From Planctomycetaceae bacterium (GTDB lineage: Bacteria > Planctomycetota > Planctomycetia > Pirellulales > UBA1268), in NCBI GenBank assembly GCA_005773625.1, contig SXHR01000078.1:1-40129 (forward strand): 40,129 nucleotides of DNA, in the 5' to 3' direction. A model generated the notes under the pieces. The model was not told the DNA's origin, ran no database searches, and saw only the letters and a program-made list of their open reading frames with translations. Shown piece after piece: positions 16,827 through 26,070 of the stretch. How positions within the stretch are numbered: position 1 is the stretch's first letter; the number at the start of each line of letters is the position of its first letter. The position numbers were made by a program, and so were the translations under genes.

Positions 16827-18254
16827 TCACGCCGACGTGGCTGCCGGCACCTGCAGCGCCCGCGACCTGTAGAGAAAGTCGATGATGTTGCCCTCGTGCG
16901 GCTGCAGCCAGTCGAGCTTCGTCGTCGGGATCGGGCCGAGGTTGAGCCGGTCGATGTGGGTGCACGCCATGAGCCGGTCCCGGAATGCCCTGTCGTGCGT
17001 GATCGCCGAGCAGACGAGCGTCGGGCCGATCGCATCGAGCATCCGCTCCTGCGGGCACTCGACCACGCTCACGAACGGAAACATGTATTCTCCCTTCGCG
17101 ATCGCGGGCTCCGGGCTGGCACAGTGCGCGACCGTGGGCCGGAGCCATCCGCAGCGTTCGCCCTCGACGAGCCGCGGGCCGTAGGCAGCCGTCGCGTGCG
17201 TCACGCCGCGCTCCTTCAGGCCGCCTTCGATCTGCCCCCAGATCGCCTTGGCGGCACCGGGAATCGTGAACGCGGCGAGCTTGGCTTCCGGATCGTCGGG
17301 CTGCTTCACGTCGATCGGACCGAGTCGCTCGGCGACGGCGTCGGCGATCGCCTTCGTGTGCCGGCTGGCGTAGATCGCCGAGGCGTTGATGCAGCCGCGG
17401 CCGCTGTTGAGAGCGACGCTCTCGCACATCATGTCGAGGTGTTTCTCCCAGTCGTCCACGGAATCGTCGCCGAGAAGGATCTTGGAGAAGCCGGGGCCGT
17501 GCACCTGCACGCCGGGGTTGCCGCGGTACTGGTCCACCGTCTTGGCGCTGCCGAAGATCATCGAGCGGCGACAGCCGGCGAGGATGCCGGCGCCCACGTC
17601 GGTCGTGCCCGGATAGAGGCTGATCGCCTCGGCGGGGATGCCCGCCTCCACCATGGCGGCCGCCATGCGGTAGGGAGTCCAGGGCTCCTGGCTGCCCGGC
17701 TTCATCACGAGGCCGACGCCAAGGGCGATCACCGGCAGCCAGAGTGTGTGCACCCCGGGCGAGTTGGAGGGAAGCACGAGGCCGAGCACCGGCGATTGGG
17801 CCTGGTAGCTCACCGTCACGCCACGGTGCTCCACGCCATGCCCCTGCCACAGGATCTTCGTGTCGAGCCCGCGGGAGAGGGCGTCGAGAATCCGGTCCAT
17901 GTTCGAGAGCACGAACATGTTCTTCTGCATGTTGGCCCGACAGAGGCTCTCCGGCAGGCCGGTCGTGGCCGATTGGCACTTCACGAAGTCCTCGGGCGAC
18001 TGCTTCGTGTCTCCGACGACGACCGTGCCGTTCGCGTAGAGGTTGCCCGCGGTCTGCAGCCGCTCCACGATCTCCTCGGGGTCGATCGCGAGCAGGGCCG
18101 CCCGGGCCTGGGACGCCTTCTGCAGGTCGCGGCCCACGACCGCCCCGCCGATCTGGCTCACCTCGACGACGGGATCGCCGGTGAGGAAGTGGACGAGTGT
18201 CTCGCGTTCCAGGGATTCATAGGGTTTGCCGTAGCGCCAGGCGGGAAGATGCAT
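16827..18254 (-). CDS. Atypical aldehyde dehydrogenase-superfamily protein (EhpG/LuxC-like acyl reductase candidate)
   Basis: VLPSNSPG, MKPGSQEP, IFGS, HGPGFSK in place of ELGGK, NSGRGCINAS (catalytic Cys), EYMFPFVSV. Confidence 0.85.
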   Translation of the reverse strand: MHLPAWRYGKPYESLERETLVHFLTGDPVVEVSQIGGAVVGRDLQKASQARAALLAIDPEEIVERLQTAGNLYANGTVVVGDTKQSPEDFVKCQSATTGLPESLCRANMQKNMFVLSNMDRILDALSRGLDTKILWQGHGVEHRGVTVSYQAQSPVLGLVLPSNSPGVHTLWLPVIALGVGLVMKPGSQEPWTPYRMAAAMVEAGIPAEAISLYPGTTDVGAGILAGCRRSMIFGSAKTVDQYRGNPGVQVHGPGFSKILLGDDSVDDWEKHLDMMCESVALNSGRGCINASAIYASRHTKAIADAVAERLGPIDVKQPDDPEAKLAAFTIPGAAKAIWGQIEGGLKERGVTHATAAYGPRLVEGERCGWLRPTVAHCASPEPAIAKGEYMFPFVSVVECPQERMLDAIGPTLVCSAITHDRAFRDRLMACTHIDRLNLGPIPTTKLDWLQPHEGNIIDFLYRSRALQVPAATSA

Positions 18255-18261
18255 CGGAAGT

Positions 18262-18294
18262 CACTCGCGGGAAGGGAACAGAGGCTTCAGGATA
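18262..18294 (-). promoter_or_regulatory. Putative -10 (TATCCT) and leader motif of the ALDH-ADH-PQQ-decarboxylase operon
   Basis: Minus strand tatcctgaagcct-N7-cttcccgcgagtg-N7-ATG. Confidence 0.45.
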
Positions 18295-18359
18295 CCACCT
18301 GCGGGCCGGCATCCCCTCGCCCCCACATCCTGAGCCGGATCGCTCCGACAGGAAGCGGT

Positions 18360-19346
18360 TCAGTAGGCGTAGGCAAACCCGCTGGCGCCGCCCGACGGGC
18401 TCCCGATGCCGTCGAGCGACCAGTTGTAGCTCGTGTAGACGGCGAGCCGCTGCGTCGGATTCCACTGCACTCCCACGCCGCTGACCAGATCGGAGGGAAA
18501 GTAGGGGATGCCCGCGGCGTTGTAGAAGCCCTGATAGAAGATCGCCAGCGTCGGGGTGAGCTGCTTCTGGACGGCCCACTGCGCGCCCAGATCGGGCAGG
18601 CTCAGGTCGTCAGGCAGACTCTGGACGCCGTTCCCGTAGCAGCCGACATTCCATTCGATCACCCAGTCGCCCGGCAGGCGGTGATCGACCAGCAGGCTCA
18701 TCCCCGGCTCGGTGCCGATCTGGAACGGTCGTGAGGCGATGCCCGTGAGCAGGAACGTCTCCACCCCCACGATCGGCCAGTAAAGCAGATCCTTGTCGCC
18801 CCAGAGATGGATCTTGAGATCGAACACGAGCGGCGCGAAACCATCGACCGCGGGATCGGTGGCCGTCGCTCCGACGACCGTGGGGCCCTGGCTGATGATG
18901 CGAAACTCCACGTTGTCGGTGAGCCCGGTTCGCATCATGAACGGCCACGACCACGTCCCCGGAGTGCCGTCGTCGCCCGCCAGGGAATAGGTGCCCGGTA
19001 CCGTCTCGATGTAGGAACGGCCCTTCGGAAGCGTCAGCGGGCTGTTGGGATAGTTCGCGGTGTCGGGCCCGGGACTGGAGATGTCGGCCGGAACGGGTGC
19101 GCCGGGGTCTCCCTCCGGAATCAGGCGGTGCACGAGCCGGTAGACGAAGTTGTCGTCACTCGGCGTCGCCGCAGGCTCGGGCTCGTCAAACTCCGTCACC
19201 TTGAACATCGCCACCGGCACGATCTCCGGCGGCTCCGCGGCGCCACCCGCCATTCCCGCCGCGAGCCATCCCAGCACGACCGCCGCCGCGAGTGACGCCG
19301 GCCGAAAGCCTCGGCCCACCGGAAATCGCAGTCGCTGGCACACCAT
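18360..19346 (-). CDS. Putative outer-membrane beta-barrel transporter (MetA-pathway of phenol degradation/COG4313-like)
   Basis: Signal peptide; PDTANYPNSPLTLPKGRSYIET, MRTGLTDNVEFRI, amphipathic strands, aromatic C-terminus (GFAYAY). Confidence 0.6.
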   Translation of the reverse strand: MVCQRLRFPVGRGFRPASLAAAVVLGWLAAGMAGGAAEPPEIVPVAMFKVTEFDEPEPAATPSDDNFVYRLVHRLIPEGDPGAPVPADISSPGPDTANYPNSPLTLPKGRSYIETVPGTYSLAGDDGTPGTWSWPFMMRTGLTDNVEFRIISQGPTVVGATATDPAVDGFAPLVFDLKIHLWGDKDLLYWPIVGVETFLLTGIASRPFQIGTEPGMSLLVDHRLPGDWVIEWNVGCYGNGVQSLPDDLSLPDLGAQWAVQKQLTPTLAIFYQGFYNAAGIPYFPSDLVSGVGVQWNPTQRLAVYTSYNWSLDGIGSPSGGASGFAYAY

Positions 19347-19559
19347 CGGGCAAACCCCGGAAAACGCGGAGCACGTCTGCCGTCATTTTCGGCATTTCAC
19401 CCGCCGGCGTGCACCGTTCGATCGCTCCGCACACGCCGGCGTCGCCCAGAGTCCGCCATCTGCCCAGCGTGGACGCGGGGCGTTGGCGGTCGCCAGAAAA
19501 TCCCGGCAACGCGGGGGCCCGGGGGCGGGCTGGCAATCTGGCGAGGCTCAGGACTCGCG

Positions 19560-20702
19560 TCAGTACACACCCACGGTCGTGGTCGCCGCCAACTCACGGA
19601 ATGGGCGAACGCCGCTGATGCCGTCCCATGGATATTTCACGTAGGGCAATTCCCGCTCGCCCTCGTCCCGCTCCAGGAACCCCGGGATGAAGGTCTCCTT
19701 CGTGAGCGTGGTGAGACGCACGCGGCCGGTGCCGCCGTAGGCGACGAGTTCGTCAGGGGCGTCGAAATTCACCACCTCGATCACCGCGCGGGGCTGCGGA
19801 GCGTAGTAGGCGATCGTGTAGCCGTCGGCGGGCACGACGGGGCGGCTCGCCGCCAGACCCATCAGGGTGTTGCCGTAGGTGGGCGTCATGAAGGCGCCGT
19901 CGAGGAGTTCCTCGACCGCGAACCTTGTCCACTGCGGCGTGAACTCGGTGCCCCCCGAGAAGATGCCGGTGATCCCGGCCTTCCCGATCGTCGTGCCCTT
20001 CTTTTCGAGCGCCAGGGCGAGGGCCTCGAGCAGCTTCGGCGTCGTGAACATGCAGCGGATCTCGTGGCCTGCCTCGAGAATCGTGATCGCCTGATCGATG
20101 CAATGCTGCTTGTAGGCCTCGAGATGCTCCATCCAGCCCTTCTGGATGAGCTTGATCACCCAGCGGGGATCGAGATCGACGCAGAAGCAGATCCCGCCGC
20201 GGAACTGCGCGAGGTGCTCGATCGAAAGCCGCAGCCGCCGCGGACCCGACGGGCCGAGCATCAGCCAGTTGGCTCCCTTCGGGAAATACTCCTCGGGCAA
20301 CGTCGCCGAGAACTGTTCGTAGTCGGTGCGGAAGTCGCGGGAGTTGTAGCGCGACTTGGGCACGCCCGTCGTCCCGCCGGTCTCGAACACAAAAACCGGC
20401 TGATCGGCCAGACCCTTCGGCACCCAACGCCGCACGGGGCCACCGCGGAGCCACTCGTCCTCGAACGGCGGAAATTTCTTGAGATCGTCGAAGCACCGCA
20501 CCTCGGTGAGGGGATCGAAGGAAAGCCTCGTCGCCTCCTCGAGCCAGAACGGACAGCCGGTCGAGGGATGGAAGTGCCAGGCCATCATCTCGATGGTGTG
20601 CGCGTCGAGCTCGGCCCGGGCCTTCTTTACTCCCTCGTCGCCCGCCACCTCGAAGACCGGCGGCTTTTGGGAACACGATCCCGACGGCGAGGCGCTGGCC
20701 AT
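19560..20702 (-). CDS. EhpF-like atypical ANL-superfamily adenylating enzyme
   Basis: WHFHPSTGCPFWL, FDPLTEV, FETGGTTGVPK (P-loop), DLDPRWV, TTP, GGTEF, YG, ERD and C-terminal GVY match my recollection of Pantoea agglomerans EhpF; only 380 aa. Confidence 0.82.
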   Translation of the reverse strand: MASASPSGSCSQKPPVFEVAGDEGVKKARAELDAHTIEMMAWHFHPSTGCPFWLEEATRLSFDPLTEVRCFDDLKKFPPFEDEWLRGGPVRRWVPKGLADQPVFVFETGGTTGVPKSRYNSRDFRTDYEQFSATLPEEYFPKGANWLMLGPSGPRRLRLSIEHLAQFRGGICFCVDLDPRWVIKLIQKGWMEHLEAYKQHCIDQAITILEAGHEIRCMFTTPKLLEALALALEKKGTTIGKAGITGIFSGGTEFTPQWTRFAVEELLDGAFMTPTYGNTLMGLAASRPVVPADGYTIAYYAPQPRAVIEVVNFDAPDELVAYGGTGRVRLTTLTKETFIPGFLERDEGERELPYVKYPWDGISGVRPFRELAATTTVGVY

Positions 20703-20767
20703 GAACGACCTTTCTTGCGGGGTGGGGCGGGGGGCGGAAGGTTCGCGGACGGCGGGGCCGCGGTCGG

Positions 20768-21238
20768 TCAGGTGTCCGCCGGGGTCTCGGACTGGGGCAG
20801 GGGGGCGCCGAGCTGCGCGAAGAGTTGCAGCACGCCATTGAAGTGGGCGAGCCGCGGGCCGTAGCGGTCGATGAACTCACCGAGGGCGTATTCGCTGTCG
20901 GAGAAGTCGTCGGCGTTGTCGGCCGCTTCCTGCGCGATGCCGGAGAGAAACTCCGCGTGCACCTTCGCGAGCGACTCAGCGGCCTGTCGGCAGGCCTTCG
21001 TGAGCTGCGGGTTGGCTTCCTTCCAGGCCTTGAGTTCCGCCGTCCGCTGCCGCTGCTGGGACGAGACCTGGTTGACCAGCTCCATGAGCAGTTCGCACGA
21101 ACGGTGCTGCCCGGCGACGAGGTCGCGGAGCAGTTGGTTGGTCTCGGCGAGGTCGCCCGTGGGGGGCGGCCGACTCCCGGATGAGACCGTGCCGGCCGAG
21201 ATGTCGAACTGCGAAAAGATCGGAGGACCGTCGCTCAT
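20768..21238 (-). CDS. Hypothetical helical protein
   Basis: MSDGPPIFSQFDIS...QQRQRTAELKAWKEANPQL...EFIDRYGPRLAHFNGVLQLFAQL; coding-like codon usage. Confidence 0.7.
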   Translation of the reverse strand: MSDGPPIFSQFDISAGTVSSGSRPPPTGDLAETNQLLRDLVAGQHRSCELLMELVNQVSSQQRQRTAELKAWKEANPQLTKACRQAAESLAKVHAEFLSGIAQEAADNADDFSDSEYALGEFIDRYGPRLAHFNGVLQLFAQLGAPLPQSETPADT

Positions 21239-21492
21239 GGGCTCGCCCATCCTGGGGTGGTGGCCGTGATTCACCGACTCGACCCACCGGCAATCGTAAG
21301 CAGGGCGGACCGGTTTTTCCACGAACCGGGGCGGATATTCAGCCGCACTGGCAGGGTTTACCCAGCTTCGCGGCCTTTTCGTCGATCCCTGCGAGGGCTC
21401 AAGTGCCCGACCAAGACGCCCGATGCAAGGGGGTGCCGGGGAGCGGAGCCAGGGAAGGCGTCCGCAGCGGTGGTGTGGAGCGGCGAAGCAGC

Positions 21493-22005
21493 ATGCAGCA
21501 GCAGGCGGACGCCCGTGCCGACGGGCCATCGTTCGGGTTTCTCACGGCGGTCGATTCGCCGGTGCACGGTCTCTTCGGCGGCTATCTCGTCGTCGATGCC
21601 CTCGGCCGGCCCCTGGAGTTTCACTGCACGGCGCCCCAGAAGGTGACCCGCGCCCAGCAGATTCTCTACGGCCCGACGCTCCACGGTCATCTCCATGGCC
21701 AGCAGATCGGCGGTGCCCTGCTCGCGGAGAGCAGGGTCACGGCCGCCGTCGTGCTCACCGACCACGACGCGATGCTCCATGTCCGTCCGCACACCAAACT
21801 CCCGGTCGCCCTGGTGCAGGCACTCGATGGCGAGCCTCTTGCGGCCGGATTCACGTTGGGGGCCGCCCGCGTCAGCCCGCATCCGCAGGATCTGGCCGAC
21901 GAGCAGTCGATCCGTGAGCGGCTGGCGGAACTGGCCTTGGCGGTCGACCTCCGCGAACCGTTCGATCGGATTCGCGCCGCGATCGACGAGGCACAGCGGC
22001 ACTAG
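21493..22005 (+). CDS. Hypothetical protein
   Basis: GFLTAV...GLFGGYLVVDALGRPLEFHCTAP...AQQILYGPTL...DLREPFDRIRAAIDEA; directly upstream of the SNF2 gene. Confidence 0.7.
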   Translation: MQQQADARADGPSFGFLTAVDSPVHGLFGGYLVVDALGRPLEFHCTAPQKVTRAQQILYGPTLHGHLHGQQIGGALLAESRVTAAVVLTDHDAMLHVRPHTKLPVALVQALDGEPLAAGFTLGAARVSPHPQDLADEQSIRERLAELALAVDLREPFDRIRAAIDEAQRH

Positions 22006-22014
22006 CGGGACGGG

Positions 22015-23886
22015 ATGGGTGAAGTGAAGGACGGCAGGGGTGGCGCGGCCACCGGCGGGGAATCCGGGCATGGCAGCGCGGAGGCCGCGGCCGGGCACGA
22101 TCGCTTCAGATCAACGGCATGGGTTCGAGGACAGCGGATGAATGATCGCGCCGGCCGCATTCGGTCGCTCACCCCGGACGAGTTGGCGCTGGCCGCCTGC
22201 TCGATCCGGTCGCCGTTCGATCTGCGGCTGCCACGCCCCCCGGCGCTCCGCTTGCCGGTCATGGGGCCGTCGCCGGCGGTGGTGCGGTTCGACCTGTTGG
22301 CCGGCCGGCCGGCGGTGACGAGCTACCGCTTCGCACCGGCTGCCGACGCGCAGCCGCCACGCGTCGCCGCGGCCTCACGCGATCCGAAGACCGGATCGCC
22401 GCCGTCCCCGCCGACCGTCCGCACCCGGATCACCCCCCCCCGCGACGTCGTCAAGCTCTCGGAGCGGTTCTTCTACCTGCTCCAGCCCGACCTTCAGACG
22501 ATGCTGGACGGCGCGGCGCTCGAGTTTCCCCGGCAGCCTTTCCCCTTCCAGCTCGATGGCATGGCGTTTCTCATGCCCCGGCACGGTGCCGTGCTGGCCG
22601 ACGAGATGGGGCTCGGCAAGTCGATGCAGGCCATCTCCTCGATCAGGCTGCTCGTGCGGTCGGGGGAAGCCCGACGCGTGCTCGTCGTCTGTCCGAAGGG
22701 GCTCGTCTCGAACTGGGCCCGTGAACTTGCCGACTGGGCTCCCGAACTCGTCGTGGCCGTGATCGAAGGCGATCAACAACGGCGGCGCTGGCAGTGGAGC
22801 CTCGCCGAAGTGCCGGTGAAGGTGGCCAACTACGAGGTGGTCGTGCGGGATCGCGAGCTCGTGGCGGAACTCGGCCTCTCCTTCGATCTCGTCGTGCTCG
22901 ACGAGGCGCAGCGGATCAAGAACCGCTCCAGTCAGACGAGCCAGGCCATTCGCTCGCTCGATCGCCGCCGGTCATGGGCCCTGACCGGCACTCCGATCGA
23001 GAATAGCGCCGAGGATCTCGTCGGCATCTTCGAGTTCGTGTCTCCGGGGACGCTCGCCGACCGGATGCCTCCCAGGGAGATGGGCGCGGCTGCCGCCGAC
23101 CATATCCTGCGGCGGACGAAGGAGAAGGTGCTCAAGGACATGCCCCCCCGGCTCAATCGAGACGAGCGGATCGAACTCACCGCCGAGCAGCGGGAAACCT
23201 ACCGCCGGGCCGAGGAGGAGGGCGTCTTGCGGCTCGCCGAGATGGGCCGTGAGGCGACGATCCAGCACGTCTTCGAACTCGTCCTCCGCCTCAAGCAGAT
23301 CTGCAACTTCGACACGGCCACGGGCGAGAGCGCGAAACTCGAGTGCCTCCAGGCCGAGCTCGAGGAGGTGCAGGCCAGCGGCCGCAAGGCCCTCGTCTTC
23401 AGCCAATGGGTCGAGACGCTCGGCCGTCTCGACAAGGGCCTCGCGAGGTTCGGGGCGCTGCAGTATCACGGCGGGATGTCGACCGTCGCCCGCGACGAGG
23501 CCATCCGGCGGTTTCGGCAGGAAAAAAAGCATTCGGTGCTGCTCCTCTCGTATGGAGCGGGCGCCGTGGGGCTCAACCTCCAGTTCTCGCAGTATGTCTT
23601 CCTCTTCGACCGCTGGTGGAATCCCGCGGTCGAGGATCAGGCGATCAACCGCGCCCATCGGATCGGCGCGGCGGGGGCCGTGACCGTCACCCGCTTCCTT
23701 TCCGCCGACACGATCGAGGAGCGGATCGACGAGGTGCTCCGCCGCAAGCGGGATCTCTCCGACACGATCCTCTCGCAGGCCGAGCCGCCCGCATCGAGCG
23801 GCCTCACCGCCGAGGAACTCTTCGCCCTCTTCAAGCTTCCCGCGCCCCTGCGGTCGCCGGCCGGTCGCCCCGCCGCCGCCGCCTGA
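22015..23886 (+). CDS. SNF2-family helicase/ATPase (start may be downstream, e.g. 22138)
   Basis: LADEMGLGKS, LDEAQRIKN, LTGTPIEN, ILRRTK, LKQICN, VFSQW, GLNL, WWNPAVEDQAINRAHRIG. Confidence 0.93.
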   Translation: MGEVKDGRGGAATGGESGHGSAEAAAGHDRFRSTAWVRGQRMNDRAGRIRSLTPDELALAACSIRSPFDLRLPRPPALRLPVMGPSPAVVRFDLLAGRPAVTSYRFAPAADAQPPRVAAASRDPKTGSPPSPPTVRTRITPPRDVVKLSERFFYLLQPDLQTMLDGAALEFPRQPFPFQLDGMAFLMPRHGAVLADEMGLGKSMQAISSIRLLVRSGEARRVLVVCPKGLVSNWARELADWAPELVVAVIEGDQQRRRWQWSLAEVPVKVANYEVVVRDRELVAELGLSFDLVVLDEAQRIKNRSSQTSQAIRSLDRRRSWALTGTPIENSAEDLVGIFEFVSPGTLADRMPPREMGAAAADHILRRTKEKVLKDMPPRLNRDERIELTAEQRETYRRAEEEGVLRLAEMGREATIQHVFELVLRLKQICNFDTATGESAKLECLQAELEEVQASGRKALVFSQWVETLGRLDKGLARFGALQYHGGMSTVARDEAIRRFRQEKKHSVLLLSYGAGAVGLNLQFSQYVFLFDRWWNPAVEDQAINRAHRIGAAGAVTVTRFLSADTIEERIDEVLRRKRDLSDTILSQAEPPASSGLTAEELFALFKLPAPLRSPAGRPAAAA

Positions 23887-24049
23887 CCGGCCACGGCGGG
23901 GGAAAACCGGGGTAATCACCGGCAAAACTCGGCTCCCTCCGCAGGGCCCGATGTGTCAGACTCCCGCCCCCATTTCCCAGTCGGAGAGTTTTGGGCGGCG
24001 GTCGCATCGCGGCCGCGGTGTGCGCATCCAGCGGTGGAGGTCGAAGGCC

Positions 24050-26053
24050 ATGTCAGGTGTCATTCGTTCGTATCTGCGGACACTCGAGAAGTCGGTCCGG
24101 GGTCGGCTGCCCACGGGGGTCCGCAGCGCCTTGCGTCCGTACCTCGCGGCGCCGCGGCGACGCTGGCCCGTCCCGGCGGCGCACGTTCGCGCCCAGGACA
24201 GCGGCGGGCAGCCGCCGGCAACGCCCCGGAACGCGTCCCGGAAGGATCCGCTTCCGGGCATGGTGTCGGTGATCATCCCGATCTACGACCGAACCCACGA
24301 ACTCCGCGAGGCGATCGAGTCGGTCCTGGCGCAGACCTACGCCAACTTCGAGCTGCTCCTGGTGACCGACGGATCTCCGGCAGAGACGCGGGCGGTGGTG
24401 GAGTCGTATCGCAGCCATCCGCAGGTCCGAATCTTCAACTACCTCGACAACACGGGCACCGCGGTTCGCGGCCGCAACCGTGGCATCAAGGAAGCCCGCG
24501 GCGAATACGTCGCCTTCCTCGACAGCGACGACATCGCGGCCCGCGACCGGCTCGCCGTTTCGGTGCGCGAGATGAACGCGGGCGGATACGACGTCGTCTA
24601 CGGTGCATGGACCGCGAAGCTCGACGGCACGCGGCACTTCGACGACCTGCGGGACGGCCAGAAGGTGACGAGCCCGCCCTGCGATCTCGAGATGCTTCGC
24701 CGCGTCTGCGTGCCGTGTCAGAGCACCGTGATGGTGCGGCGGGCGGCCCTGCTCGATGTCGGCGGGCTCAAGCCCGGCATGCGCTACCGCGAGGACCATG
24801 AACTCTGGATGCGGCTGGCCCACTTCGGCTACCGGTTCGGGGCCATCCGCGAGAACCTGGTGCACCTGCGGCTGCATCGCGGCAACAACGAGATGAACTT
24901 CAAGGACGACGACGCCTTCTGGGAGCGCCGGGCCAAGGCGGAGCACCGGAGCAAGGCGACGCTCACGCCCACGATCGCCTATCTCATTCCGGGCACGGGC
25001 ATCTCCGGCGGCATCGCCGTGATCCTCGAACACGCCAATCGACTCCTCGAGGCCGGCTGTGACGTGATGCTCATCAGCCAGGACGACAAGGACTCGATCC
25101 CCTGGTGGTCGGGCAACAAGGTGCCGGTGATTCCCTTCAGCACCGCCTCGCGGTATCTCTTCGACTCCCTCGACACCGTCGTGGCCACCGGCTGGACGAC
25201 CGTCTCGATGCTCGATCATTTTGCGACGCGCCGGAAACTCTACTTCGTGCAGTCGGATGAACGGCGGTTCGACGACTGCCCGGAGTTCAAGAAGCAGGTG
25301 CATGGCACCTACCTCCGCCACGACATCGAGTATGTGACGATGGCCGGCTGGATCTGCCGGTGGCTGAAGCAGGAGTTCGGCCACGACTGCGGCTACATCG
25401 GCAACGGCATCTCGCCGGAACGCTTCGCGAACACCAGGCCGCTCGAACCGCGACGGGGCCGGGTGCGGATCCTCATGGAGGGGCCGACCGTGATCCCGTT
25501 CAAGGGCATGGACGACGCCGCCGAGGCGTTGCGGGACTTCGACGACTGCGAGGTGTGGATCGTGTCGGCTGCCGGCGGCCCCAAGCCCGGCTGGCGGTGC
25601 GACCGGTTCTTCGAGGCCGTTCCGCATGCCGAGATGGCGGCGATCTACGCCAGCTGCGACATCCTCCTGAAGATGTCGCGGGTGGAGAGCTTCTCCTATC
25701 CTCCGCTCGAGATGATGGCGACCGGGGGCGGTGTCGTTGTCCGAGAAGTCTCGGGCCTCGATGAATACGCCATCGACGGCGAGAACTGCCTGATCGTCGC
25801 GGATGTCGCCGGCGCCCGCCGGGCCGTGCGGAGTCTCGTTGACGACGTGGCCTTGCGGGCGCGACTCGGCGCCGCGGGGCTGGAGACGGCCGAACAGATG
25901 ACCTGGGATCGCTCCCTGCCGGCGCTGCTGGAGATCGTCGCCGGAGTTCCGCGGCTGGTGACGGCCACGGAGCGTGCCGATGCCCATGTCTTCCCGATCG
26001 CCCTCGGCAGGGCGGCGACGCCGCAGCGGGGCAGACGGGCTTCAGTGGCCTGA
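24050..26053 (+). CDS. Bifunctional glycosyltransferase: GT2 fused to a WsaF-like GT4 domain
   Basis: VSVIIPIYDR...VTDGS...FLDSDD (GT2); SGGIAVILEHANRL, ATGWTT, YFVQSDE, ESFSYPPLEMMATG (GT4); GGAGG before ATG 24050. Confidence 0.88.
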   Translation: MSGVIRSYLRTLEKSVRGRLPTGVRSALRPYLAAPRRRWPVPAAHVRAQDSGGQPPATPRNASRKDPLPGMVSVIIPIYDRTHELREAIESVLAQTYANFELLLVTDGSPAETRAVVESYRSHPQVRIFNYLDNTGTAVRGRNRGIKEARGEYVAFLDSDDIAARDRLAVSVREMNAGGYDVVYGAWTAKLDGTRHFDDLRDGQKVTSPPCDLEMLRRVCVPCQSTVMVRRAALLDVGGLKPGMRYREDHELWMRLAHFGYRFGAIRENLVHLRLHRGNNEMNFKDDDAFWERRAKAEHRSKATLTPTIAYLIPGTGISGGIAVILEHANRLLEAGCDVMLISQDDKDSIPWWSGNKVPVIPFSTASRYLFDSLDTVVATGWTTVSMLDHFATRRKLYFVQSDERRFDDCPEFKKQVHGTYLRHDIEYVTMAGWICRWLKQEFGHDCGYIGNGISPERFANTRPLEPRRGRVRILMEGPTVIPFKGMDDAAEALRDFDDCEVWIVSAAGGPKPGWRCDRFFEAVPHAEMAAIYASCDILLKMSRVESFSYPPLEMMATGGGVVVREVSGLDEYAIDGENCLIVADVAGARRAVRSLVDDVALRARLGAAGLETAEQMTWDRSLPALLEIVAGVPRLVTATERADAHVFPIALGRAATPQRGRRASVA

Positions 26054-26070
26054 AGACGGGGGCAGACGAC

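Noticed and set aside
16801-17979. Apparent long N-terminal extension of the Fe-ADH (779-aa ORF)
   Set aside because: Overlaps the real ALDH gene in another frame and is low-complexity; ADH homology starts at about 16800
19348-19380. gggcaaaccccggaaaacgcgg resembling a c-di-GMP-I riboswitch P2
   Set aside because: Wrong strand for the flanking genes, and lacks the following GACGCAAAGC and P3
12928-20702. Phenazine or bioluminescence (lux) cluster
   Set aside because: No phzA/B/D/E/F/G and no luxA/B/D in the window; only the activating and reducing module is present
23994-24008. ops/JUMPstart-like element before the GT operon
   Set aside because: ggcggtcgcat only weakly matches GGCGGTAG in GC-rich DNA
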